NCBI RefSeq assembly: GCF_001997385.1
Contig: NZ_CP019633.1
Location: 1,020,001 to 1,052,000, forward strand
DNA: 32,000 bases
Direction of reading: 5' to 3'
DNA from: Sedimentisphaera cyanobacteriorum
Lineage (GTDB): Bacteria > Planctomycetota > Phycisphaerae > Sedimentisphaerales > Sedimentisphaeraceae
The notes below the pieces were generated by a model. The model did not search any database, was not told where the DNA came from, and worked only from the letters and a program-made list of their open reading frames with translations. Position numbers and translations under genes: made by a program. Every line of letters starts with the position of its first letter. Position 1 is the first letter of the stretch. Shown piece after piece: positions 8,374 through 16,389 of the stretch.

Positions 8374-10251
8374 TTAAGAATCATAAGGATTGCTGCTCTC
8401 AAGCCACTGAGCCAAAAAAGACTCAAGCTGCTGTAAAGAGCCTGCCCAGCTCGTGGTGAAAAAAGGGAAATCCTTGATATCAACAAAGCAGTCTTGATTA
8501 AAATCGTATTCCAGATATCCCCAAGCCCCGCACTGATAATGGAGAAACTCAGAGGGCTTCAAAGCAATGTTGGAAAACTTCACATCATCAATAAACCCGC
8601 TAACGTGGTCAACCATTGCCCCGTTAAACCAGCCGCGTCCGATTGTCCAGTTGAAGCCGCCTGATGCAAGAGCGTTGTTGTTGGATGAGTTCAAATCCAA
8701 AGCCCCTACAACTTCAGAGCCCTGCCCGTCGAGCTTGTCGGCATAAATCTTCAATTCGCTGCCGTTTGATACAGCAGCAAGATAGTACCACTTTCCGGAC
8801 TGAGCGGAGATGCTGGAATCTAAAATATAGCGCTGCCCGCCAACAGTATCAAAATTAATGCGTAATTTGTCATTTATCCCATTTTTCTGAAGATAAAAAT
8901 CCGCCTCGGCCTCGCCCTGTGATGATCCGTCTCGGCCGAGAAATGTCTGCCAGCCGTTTAGATTATCAAGCTTAACCGCGAGCTCTACTGTCCAAATCTC
9001 CGGAGACCAGTTGTTAAGCGAGGAGTCTTTGGTATAAGCATCCTGCCCGCCGTTTAGCCGGCAGCTCAGCCCAAGACCGCTGGGCGTCTGTCCCTCCTGA
9101 GAGAATGAAGGGCCGTAGGTATCGTCCCATGCGTAAAGAAAAAAATCATTGCCGGAAATATCTGCGGATGCAGGCTGAGCGGTTTGGCCTGTATTGTTCA
9201 TCGCAGCACCGGGTTGTCCGTCGTCAAAATCCCAATGTGCAGCAGTATCGCCTTCCGGCGGGTCTTCCGGCTCGGTAAGAGAATCTCCCATCACCGGCCA
9301 GCCTTGATCGCTGAAGTGCAGATAATTTATTCTGAGGGTTGGTGTGCCCTCGTTGAGGGCATCATAAGCGTGATAGGTGAAGTAGTTTTCGCCTTCAGCA
9401 GCGGTAATATCGGCGTGTCCGGGGCCGATCCATCTGCCGGAATCACCGACAAACAGCGTTCCGCCTGCAGCGTAAAGCAGGCTGTCGCCGTTTTTATCGA
9501 GATAAGGACCTTCAATGGAGTCAGACCGCCCAACAACGATCTTGTAAGTACTGTCCACACCTCGGCAGCATAGCCCCCAATTCACGAAAAGGTAGTAATA
9601 GCCGTTTCGATAGGTGATGTATGGGGCCTCAATGGCTGATGAACTGCTTCTTCGGGCGATATGGTGTATCTGAGCAGGAGTTTGAGCGGGCTTGAGGGTG
9701 GAGCTGTTCAGTCTTGTAAGCATTATTCCTTCCCAGAATGAGCCGAAAGTGAGCCACATATCACCGTTTTCGTCTTTTACAAACGTTCCGTCGATAGCAT
9801 TGTATGCTGGAGGGCTTGAAGGAGGAGATTCCAGAATTTCACCTTCATCCACCCAAGCATAATTAGGGTCTGTTGGGTTGAGCGTTGTATTCGAGGCCAA
9901 ACCCAGTACTGATGTTTGCGAACCAAAGGTGGAGGCCGAATAGCAAATGTAGTATTTGCCGTTGTGATAGGTAATATCGGGAGCCCAGAAGCCCGATACG
10001 CCCTCTACCTTCTCTTCCACCCAGTCCGGAATATCTGAGAAGACCCTGCCAATATAATTCCATTGCTTCAAATCGCTTGAACGTCTTATTCCTATCCCCG
10101 AGCCGGTGGTAAAGACATAATACGAGCCATCTGAATATATCATTGAAGGATCGTGAACGTGTTTCATTCCCTGAGCTACATCTTCCTCGAGGGCAGAAGC
10201 TAATCCAGAGAATACAAGAAGCATCAAAATTACAGGAACGCAGCGCCCCAT
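8374..10251 (-). CDS. GH43 endo-arabinanase-like glycoside hydrolase with LamG/ConA-like domain and dockerin-like C-terminal tail
   Basis: The ORF track extends this gene to 10395. However, the internal ATG at 10251 has a GAGGTGG RBS and opens with a signal peptide (MGRCVPVILMLLVFSGLASA), and the extra 48 codons read into the IS end. GH43 motifs are present (VHDPSMIYSDGSYYVFTTG, FWAPDITYHNGKYY, AIDGTF, IEAPY). A LamG-like block follows (WTVELAVKLD...YLAAVSNGSELKIYAD...IDDVKFSN). Confidence 0.85.
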   Translation of the reverse strand: MGRCVPVILMLLVFSGLASALEEDVAQGMKHVHDPSMIYSDGSYYVFTTGSGIGIRRSSDLKQWNYIGRVFSDIPDWVEEKVEGVSGFWAPDITYHNGKYYICYSASTFGSQTSVLGLASNTTLNPTDPNYAWVDEGEILESPPSSPPAYNAIDGTFVKDENGDMWLTFGSFWEGIMLTRLNSSTLKPAQTPAQIHHIARRSSSSAIEAPYITYRNGYYYLFVNWGLCCRGVDSTYKIVVGRSDSIEGPYLDKNGDSLLYAAGGTLFVGDSGRWIGPGHADITAAEGENYFTYHAYDALNEGTPTLRINYLHFSDQGWPVMGDSLTEPEDPPEGDTAAHWDFDDGQPGAAMNNTGQTAQPASADISGNDFFLYAWDDTYGPSFSQEGQTPSGLGLSCRLNGGQDAYTKDSSLNNWSPEIWTVELAVKLDNLNGWQTFLGRDGSSQGEAEADFYLQKNGINDKLRINFDTVGGQRYILDSSISAQSGKWYYLAAVSNGSELKIYADKLDGQGSEVVGALDLNSSNNNALASGGFNWTIGRGWFNGAMVDHVSGFIDDVKFSNIALKPSEFLHYQCGAWGYLEYDFNQDCFVDIKDFPFFTTSWAGSLQQLESFLAQWLESSNPYDS

Positions 10252-10307
10252 AAAACCACCTCTTAATCTATATTCTTTTCTAACCATAAATAAAAACCGC
10301 CATAGAA

Positions 10308-11960
10308 GAGCCTGTTGCACAATGATTTTCGAATCCAACCATTGGATTCGACGGCTGTCTGGGGCAGACGGCTCAATTCTCTGTTTCCCAAACACCTTTT
10401 CTTAGCTTTTTATATGGTATCGTGTTTTCGCCAAAAAAACAAGCAAAATTACACGTCAAAACGAATAAAAACAGCCTTTTTATCAATTCCAGCAGGCCTT
10501 TTTGCTTCGCCACAACTTCAAAAGGTTGTGCGTAGCGCAAATCAGCGACCACTCACCGCGGCAAGCCTCAATGCCTCGTTGCATAAATCGATCAAAACCG
10601 CGAACATCTTTAATCTGCCCAAACACTGGTTCGACTGTCTGACCTCGAATCTTATATAATTCTCGCCCTCGTTCGGTCAGCAGTTTACGTTCCATCAATT
10701 CTGTCGGCGACAAGCCGTCCGGTATCGGTTCTTCCGGCGGCGGTTGCTCGGCCATTGCCTTTCGCTGCTTATAATCTTTCTGTGTCGCCACCAGCAACTC
10801 AATGTCACCAGCAGGCTCCTTTGTAAAATTATCTTCACTGCAATAGCCAGCATCTGCCAAAGCCACACCCATTTCCTCTTCGATTTCAACGGCCTGTCGA
10901 TTTTCTTCGGCCTGCTCAAGCATCGGATGTAATTGCTGTTTATCATTTTCCTCTTGGGTCACATCCTCAGCAACGATAATCTGTTGCTCTGTTGTCACCG
11001 CCTGAGCATTAAGACCCTGAACGAAACCTTTTCGAGTTTTCATGATTCTGCTGTCGGGGTCGGTAACATTGGCTTTGGCATCTTTGTTTCCAGCTTCTTC
11101 GGCAGGTTTGGGCTTACGACCACGAGGCTTTTTGCCGGTATTTTCTTCTTTGGATTTCCGCTCATCTATCTTGTCCTGCTGTTGTTTTTCGGCTTCTGCT
11201 TTTTCCTGCTCTAAACGCTCTTTACAGGCCTTTAGACGGTTTATTCGGCTATTGCGGTCCCGCATATCTTCGGGCAGTTCATCGCCTCGCTTATCAGCGC
11301 CATAAGCTTTGTCTTCCTCGGCGTCTTTAGCGTCCGCCTCGGATAGCATCTTATCGATTTCCTGCTCCAGGTGCTTTAGTGTTCGATTGGCTGATAACGA
11401 AGCATTGGCTTTGATCTTTGTCCCATCCAATGAAACATTGCCGAGTTTAACAATGTCTGCTTCAACACAAAGCCTGAGGATTTCCAGAAACAACTTCTTT
11501 AAATGCGACTGGTTATCCTTGCGAAATCGGCTGATCGTACTGTGGTCGGGATATTGATTGGCAGTAACAACTTTATAGGCTACATCCGTCTGGCAGTGCT
11601 TTTCTATCTTTCTGCTGGAACGCTCGCCGCTACAGTAGGAATATATCAGCAGAGCAACCATCATCGAAGGATGAAAAGCTGAATTGCCGACTCCATCAGT
11701 ACGGTATTTTTTGTAAAACTGCGATAGGTCGATTTGTTCAACCGCATCAAGAACAAACCACGCCAGATGATCTTCCGGCAGCCAATCCGTCAATGAGGGA
11801 GGCAGAAGATACGCCTGATTTCGGTCGCAAGGCAGGAAATTGTAAGCCATTTCGTAATCCTTTACATGTTTAGCAATCCTTTTGGCCTATTATAACCGAA
11901 AAGCTGGATTTATTCACTTGTAAAAGAGCAATCACTGACAATTATTTATGCAACAGGCTC
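10308..11960 (-). mobile_element. Complete insertion sequence (~1653 bp), IS1182/IS5-like, single transposase ORF
   Basis: The 12-bp perfect terminal inverted repeats are GAGCCTGTTGCA (10308-10319) and TGCAACAGGCTC (11949-11960). They are flanked by the direct repeat AGAA at 10304-10307 and 11961-11964, read as the target-site duplication. The ends enclose the 455-aa DDE transposase ORF. Confidence 0.8.
10483..11850 (-). CDS. DDE transposase (IS1182/IS5-like)
   Basis: 455-aa ORF. The N-terminal transposase domain reads LPPSLTDWLPEDHLAWFV...FHPSMMVALLIYSYCSGERSSRKIE...HSTISRFRK. The middle is highly charged K/E-rich. The C-terminal catalytic part reads ADAGYCSEDN...YKIRGQTVEPVFGQIK...GEWSLICATHNLLKL. 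AAGGAT RBS upstream. Confidence 0.9.
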   Translation of the reverse strand: MAYNFLPCDRNQAYLLPPSLTDWLPEDHLAWFVLDAVEQIDLSQFYKKYRTDGVGNSAFHPSMMVALLIYSYCSGERSSRKIEKHCQTDVAYKVVTANQYPDHSTISRFRKDNQSHLKKLFLEILRLCVEADIVKLGNVSLDGTKIKANASLSANRTLKHLEQEIDKMLSEADAKDAEEDKAYGADKRGDELPEDMRDRNSRINRLKACKERLEQEKAEAEKQQQDKIDERKSKEENTGKKPRGRKPKPAEEAGNKDAKANVTDPDSRIMKTRKGFVQGLNAQAVTTEQQIIVAEDVTQEENDKQQLHPMLEQAEENRQAVEIEEEMGVALADAGYCSEDNFTKEPAGDIELLVATQKDYKQRKAMAEQPPPEEPIPDGLSPTELMERKLLTERGRELYKIRGQTVEPVFGQIKDVRGFDRFMQRGIEACRGEWSLICATHNLLKLWRSKKACWN

Positions 11961-12002
11961 AGAATTTAAATACTTTGAAAGCAAAAATCAATTCAAAATT
12001 TT

Positions 12003-12137
12003 AAGAACAAAAGGTAGTGTAAAATATTTTCTGTAAATTCTATCTCCAGCGACCTCCAGCGACTAAAAGATCGAAAGGATATCTGAAATAAGCTCAATCT
12101 ATGATTATAGAAAGATTTTACACTATCAATTGTTCTT
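12003..12137. repeat. 135-bp segment bounded by 23-bp imperfect inverted repeats, with an internal tandem decamer
   Basis: AAGAACAAAAGGTAGTGTAAAAT (12003-12025) matches the reverse complement of 12115-12137 (AAGAACAATTGATAGTGTAAAAT) at 20 of 23 positions. Between the arms lies CTCCAGCGAC repeated twice in tandem (12044-12063). Confidence 0.55.
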
Positions 12138-12200
12138 GAAACAGTTAAAATTTTATTGTGTTTTCTCATCATAATTTAAGCAGCATTAACGGGGGCAGAA

Positions 12201-14558
12201 ATGAAACTGCAAAAAAGTACTCATTTGAGCTTTGTATTTATTTTGAATTTACTTTTAACACTCTCGGTGTTAGCTGCCGGCAGCTCTTGCTGCCTGTGGT
12301 ATGATGAGCCCGCAGAGCAATGGACAGAGGCGCTTGCTGTGGGCAGCGGAAGACTGGGGGCTATGGTTTTCGGCGGAATAGGCCAAGAGCGTATCCAGCT
12401 CAATGAGGATACTGTTTGGGCGGGGCCGCCTGTCCCAGAGACAAACGAAAAGCTATATCCAGCTTTCAAAAAGGCTCGCAGACTGCTTTTCGATGGGAAA
12501 TACGAACAAGCAGAGAGCGCTGTGCAGGCCGCCCTGCCTGAGAGGATCGTCCCGCGTTCTTATCAAACGCTTGGAGATTTGATCATTGATTTCGATATCC
12601 AGGGCGACGCGAAAGATTACAAACGCAGCCTTGACCTTGAGAATGCGGTATGCAAAACCGAGTTTACCGCAGCTGGCAGCAAAATAACCCGCGAGGTGTT
12701 TGCGAGCCGCCCGGGGAATGTGACAGCTGTTAAAATCTCTTCAAGCAAACCTGAATCGCTCAGCTTCTCGGCAAGGCTATCAAGGCCTGCAGACTTTCAG
12801 ACAAAATCAATCGGACAAGATATGCTTTCAATGACCGGGCAGGCCAGCCATAACGGCAAGCAGAAAGGCGTAAAATACTGCTGCCTGCTGAAAGCTTCCA
12901 CACCCAAGGGAAAGATTGACTCGCAAGGAAACGAACTCACTGTCAGAAATGCAGGGACAGCTGTTATCCTAATAACAGCAAAAACTGATTACAATATGGA
13001 TGATCCGTACCAGCCTTTAAACGCAGACCTTGAGAAGGAATGCAGACAGATTTTGGAAAAGGCCTCAAGCAGCAGTTATGAAAAGCTCAAAAGAGAGCAC
13101 ATTAAAGACTACAAAGAGCTTTATGAGAGAATGAACCTAAAACTTCCCGAGGGGGAAGTCTGCGGGGAACCATCGGATCAAAGGCTTGAAGCCGTCGCAA
13201 ATGGGGCATTTGACCCATCCTTTACTTCGCTGTACTTTAACTTCGGCAGATACCTTCTGATAAGCTCCTCAAGGCCCGGGACAATGCCAGCAAATCTGCA
13301 GGGAATCTGGAATCACCATATCGCAGCGCCATGGAACAGCGATTATCACGTGAATATAAATATGCAGATGAATTACTGGCCTGCGGAGGTTTGCAATCTT
13401 TCCGAATGTCATCAGCCGTTCTTCGACTTTATAGAACGCGTTTACATCAAAGGCCGCAAAACCGCACAGAAGGCCTACGGCGCAAGGGGCACAGTGATAC
13501 ATCATACCACAGACCCTTGGCTTTTTACAGCACCGTTCGGAAAGACGAGATGCGGGTACTGGCCTTTCGGCGCGGCATGGTGCAGCTCTCATTTTATGGA
13601 GCATTACCGCTACACTCAGGATTTGGATTTCCTTCGGGACAGGGCTTATCCGGCTTTGAAAGCAAATTCACTCTTCCTGCTGGACTATCTCGCTGAAGAC
13701 CCCGAAACAGACCTTCTAACTGCCGGGCCTGCAGGGTCTCCGGAGAATTCCTTCAAAACCAAAGACGGGAAAGAAGGCTTCCTCGATATGGGTGCTTCTA
13801 TGTCTCAGCAGATTACGTGGGATGTTTTCACAAATACAATCGAAGCTGCTGAAGTGCTCGGTATAGACAATGATTTTATCAGGAACATAAAAGAAGCAAA
13901 GCAAAGGCTTGCCCTGCCCAAAATAGGCGAAGACGGAAGACTTATGGAATGGTCTGAGGATTTCGAAGAACCCTCTCCCGGGCACAGGCATATCTCCCAT
14001 GCCTACGGTCTGCATCCGGGCAGGCAGTACAACTTTGCAAACAGCCCAGCCCAGACCAAAGCAGTAAAGAAAAGCGTTGAATACAGGCTTTCCCACGGAG
14101 GCGGACATACCGGCTGGTCGAGGGCTTGGATAATCAATATCTGGGCGAGACTAAAGCAGAGCGAAAAGGCTCATTCAAACTTGATTTCGCTTTACAGAAA
14201 ATCTACCCATCCGAATCTTTTCGATAATCATCCCCCTTTTCAGATAGACGGGAATTTCGGGGCGGCTGCGGGAGTTGCCGAGATGCTAATGCAGAGCCAT
14301 ACAGGTGTTATTGAGCTTCTTCCCGCATTGCCCAAGGCATGGAGCGATGGAGAAATAAATGGGCTCAAAGCCAGAGGCGGATATGAGATTAGTATCAAGT
14401 GGAAAAATGCCGTGCTTACCGAAGTAGCTGTGATTTCCAGCCGCAAAGACGATTTAGCACTGCGATATAAGGACAAAAATACTGAAATCCCTGCAAGAAA
14501 GGGAATAAAATACAAATTTAACAAAAACCTCGAAATCATCTCAAAACAAGGCATATAA
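12201..14558 (+). CDS. GH95 alpha-L-fucosidase/galactosidase-type glycoside hydrolase
   Basis: 785-aa ORF with a signal peptide. The GH95 N-terminal signature is present (LWYDEPAEQWTEALAVGSGRLGAMVFGG...ERIQLNEDTVWAG). The catalytic-region motifs are also present (NLQGIWN, WNSDYHVNINMQMNYW, EWSEDFEEPSPGHRHISH, FQIDGNFG). Confidence 0.9.
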   Translation: MKLQKSTHLSFVFILNLLLTLSVLAAGSSCCLWYDEPAEQWTEALAVGSGRLGAMVFGGIGQERIQLNEDTVWAGPPVPETNEKLYPAFKKARRLLFDGKYEQAESAVQAALPERIVPRSYQTLGDLIIDFDIQGDAKDYKRSLDLENAVCKTEFTAAGSKITREVFASRPGNVTAVKISSSKPESLSFSARLSRPADFQTKSIGQDMLSMTGQASHNGKQKGVKYCCLLKASTPKGKIDSQGNELTVRNAGTAVILITAKTDYNMDDPYQPLNADLEKECRQILEKASSSSYEKLKREHIKDYKELYERMNLKLPEGEVCGEPSDQRLEAVANGAFDPSFTSLYFNFGRYLLISSSRPGTMPANLQGIWNHHIAAPWNSDYHVNINMQMNYWPAEVCNLSECHQPFFDFIERVYIKGRKTAQKAYGARGTVIHHTTDPWLFTAPFGKTRCGYWPFGAAWCSSHFMEHYRYTQDLDFLRDRAYPALKANSLFLLDYLAEDPETDLLTAGPAGSPENSFKTKDGKEGFLDMGASMSQQITWDVFTNTIEAAEVLGIDNDFIRNIKEAKQRLALPKIGEDGRLMEWSEDFEEPSPGHRHISHAYGLHPGRQYNFANSPAQTKAVKKSVEYRLSHGGGHTGWSRAWIINIWARLKQSEKAHSNLISLYRKSTHPNLFDNHPPFQIDGNFGAAAGVAEMLMQSHTGVIELLPALPKAWSDGEINGLKARGGYEISIKWKNAVLTEVAVISSRKDDLALRYKDKNTEIPARKGIKYKFNKNLEIISKQGI

Positions 14559-14612
14559 GCGGAAAACAGCTTTCTTCAGCAATTTTGACAAGCTCGAATT
14601 GAAAGGGAGAGG

Positions 14613-14640
14613 TTGAAATCGAAGAAGAATTATGTATAAA
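14613..14640 (+). promoter_or_regulatory. Candidate sigma70-type promoter for the rseC-like/rnf operon (TTGAAA-N16-TATAAA)
   Basis: TTGAAA at 14613-14618, a 16-nt spacer, then TATAAA at 14635-14640. It lies 38 nt upstream of the ATG at 14678. Confidence 0.35.
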
Positions 14641-14677
14641 TCTAAGTCTTACTTAATTTTTCTGTGATTAGCTTAAT

Positions 14678-14947
14678 ATGTCAAAAAGAGATTGCAAGAA
14701 TTGTTCTGAAAAAGACGGGTGCGGGAGCATATACAAAACTCTCGGACATTCCAGCTGCAAGCCGATAACGCTGAAAGTTATCGCAGCTTTTGTTGTGCCT
14801 ATACTGACGTTTATAATCAGCTATTCAGTTCTTGGCAGTAACTTTGAGAGCTCAAAGGGATTTTCGCCGGCAGCTGCTTTTTTTGCATTGCTGATAACTG
14901 CCGCAGTTACATTAGTTTGTTCGTTTTTGATAAAAAAGCTTCAATAA
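14678..14947 (+). CDS. Small RseC/MucC-like membrane protein (Cys-motif + two TM helices), Rnf-associated
   Basis: 89-aa ORF. Its N-terminal CKNCSEKDGCGS matches the C-x2-C-x5-CGS motif of E. coli RseC (CSSCASRAGCGS). Two hydrophobic helices follow. The gene sits directly upstream of rnfC on the same strand. Confidence 0.55.
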   Translation: MSKRDCKNCSEKDGCGSIYKTLGHSSCKPITLKVIAAFVVPILTFIISYSVLGSNFESSKGFSPAAAFFALLITAAVTLVCSFLIKKLQ

Positions 14948-14986
14948 ACTTTTTAAAACGAGCTTTGAGTTCCAAATTCAATAGAG

Positions 14987-16345
14987 GTGTCTAAATTGAA
15001 AAAAACATTTAAGGGTGGAATACACCCTCCTGACAGCAAAGATTTGAGCAGGTACTGCCCTATTAGGGCTCTCGAAAATCTGCCCGGCCAAATTTCTGTG
15101 CTGATGAGCCAGCATATCGGAGCAATATGCAAGCCTGTCGTAAAAAAAAGACAGGAAGTGGAGAAAGGTCAGCTCATTGGAAACAGCGAGGCCTTTGTAT
15201 CTGCGAATGTGCATTCACCTGTAAGCGGAACAGTAAAGGATATAAACCTTCGTTCTCATCCTGTTCTCGGGAGAGTTCAGGCTGTTGTGATAGAGCCTTC
15301 CGAGCAAAGCCCTGAAGCCCCTCCGGAACAGAGCAGATTCGCAAATTTCACTGAAGATGATTACAGCGCAGAGCAGATAAATCAAAGTATTGCCGAGGCA
15401 GGAATAGTAGGCATGGGCGGTGCAGGCTTCCCTACAGGAGTCAAGGTTGGGCCGAATCCGAAGATGCCCAAGGAAACTATGATTCTAAACGCCTGTGAAT
15501 GCGAGCCTTACATTACCTGCGATTATAGGGTGATGCTGGAATGGACAGATCAGCTTATTGCAGGTATCAAACTTCTGCGCAAGGCATCGGGCTGCAAGAA
15601 ATGCTATATCGGCATAGAGAACAACAAACCTGAGGCGGTAAAGCTTCTGCGAGAGAAAACCGAGGGCGAAGAGAATATAGAGCTCAGCGTTCTGGAAACA
15701 AAATATCCGCAGGGAGGGGAGCGTCAGCTGGTTAATTCGGTGCTGGGGAAGGTTATACCCACAGGCAAGATCCCGCCGATGGCGGGTGTGATGGTCTGCA
15801 ACGTTGCAACCGCTGCGGCAGCCGCTGAGGCAGTCTGCGATTCTGCCCCGCTTACGCACAGGACTGTTACCGTTACGGGAAAAGGTATTCAAACCCCTGC
15901 AAATCTTTATGTACCCGCAGGTACGCCAGTACAGCACCTTATCGAGCAGTGCGGCGGGCTCACAGAGGATGCTGTTAAGGTAGTGCTTGGAGGCCCGATG
16001 ACGGGCTTTTCCGTGGGAGAGCTTCAAACCCCAACCACCAAGACAACCGGATGTGTTCTCTGCCTTACTAAAGAAGAAATCGGCGAGGCAAAATATCTCT
16101 TCAAGAAAACACCCTGCATTCGCTGCGGCAGATGCCTCAGTGTTTGCCCGGAAACTCTCAACCCAACAAAAATCGCCCATGCTGTGAAGGCAGATCGGCT
16201 CGACCTGGCCGAAAAGCACAACATCTCTGCCTGCATGGAATGCGGCAGCTGCAGCTACATATGCCCTGCTAACATAGAAGTAACGGGTTATATAAAGACG
16301 GGCAAAATCAGGATAGCAAGGGCGAACAAAGATATGCCTGCCTGA
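14987..16345 (+). CDS. rnfC: Rnf electron-transport complex subunit C
   Basis: 452-aa ORF with FKGGIHP at the N-terminus, GMGGAGFPT, and two 4Fe-4S motifs (CIRCGRCLSVCP and CMECGSCSYICP). The track start is GTG 14987. TTG at 14996, 6 nt after the AGAGGTG RBS, is an equally plausible start. Confidence 0.9.
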   Translation: MSKLKKTFKGGIHPPDSKDLSRYCPIRALENLPGQISVLMSQHIGAICKPVVKKRQEVEKGQLIGNSEAFVSANVHSPVSGTVKDINLRSHPVLGRVQAVVIEPSEQSPEAPPEQSRFANFTEDDYSAEQINQSIAEAGIVGMGGAGFPTGVKVGPNPKMPKETMILNACECEPYITCDYRVMLEWTDQLIAGIKLLRKASGCKKCYIGIENNKPEAVKLLREKTEGEENIELSVLETKYPQGGERQLVNSVLGKVIPTGKIPPMAGVMVCNVATAAAAAEAVCDSAPLTHRTVTVTGKGIQTPANLYVPAGTPVQHLIEQCGGLTEDAVKVVLGGPMTGFSVGELQTPTTKTTGCVLCLTKEEIGEAKYLFKKTPCIRCGRCLSVCPETLNPTKIAHAVKADRLDLAEKHNISACMECGSCSYICPANIEVTGYIKTGKIRIARANKDMPA

Positions 16346-16389
16346 AACAAGAAGGAATTTGTATTTAGAGCAATATAACGGATTTTAAT

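Noticed and set aside
10329-10351. Perfect 10-bp hairpin (TCGAATCCAA-CCA-TTGGATTCGA) as a transposase terminator
   Set aside because: No U-tract follows it on the minus strand. It is more likely a subterminal IS structure or a coincidence, so I mention it only as part of the IS description.
10252-10395. 48-codon N-terminal extension of the GH43 ORF in the supplied track
   Set aside because: The extension crosses the IS terminal inverted repeat (10308-10319) and so consists of IS and flank sequence. The internal ATG at 10251 has a strong RBS and a textbook signal peptide.
10933-11557. Three plus-strand ORFs (93, 87 and 82 aa) inside the IS
   Set aside because: They are antisense to the K/E-rich middle of the transposase, which automatically yields open Ser/Leu/Phe-rich frames. 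There is no independent support for them.
11949-12005. 18-codon ORF (ATG 11948, MQQAQNLNTLKAKINSKF) spanning the IS right end
   Set aside because: It is tiny, has no RBS and crosses the IS/flank junction, so it is almost certainly fortuitous.
14585-14613. Perfect TTGACA hexamer (14585-14590) as the -35 for the rnf operon
   Set aside because: The sequence 17 nt downstream is AGAGGT, which is not a -10-like hexamer. The TTGAAA-N16-TATAAA pair 28 nt further on is the better candidate.
15485-16219. 244-aa minus-strand ORF inside rnfC
   Set aside because: It is antisense to a well-supported rnfC frame and its Cys/Arg-rich translation is typical of a shadow ORF. The same reasoning applies to 17022..17573 (antisense to rnfD/rnfG) and 18990..19328 (antisense to rnfA).
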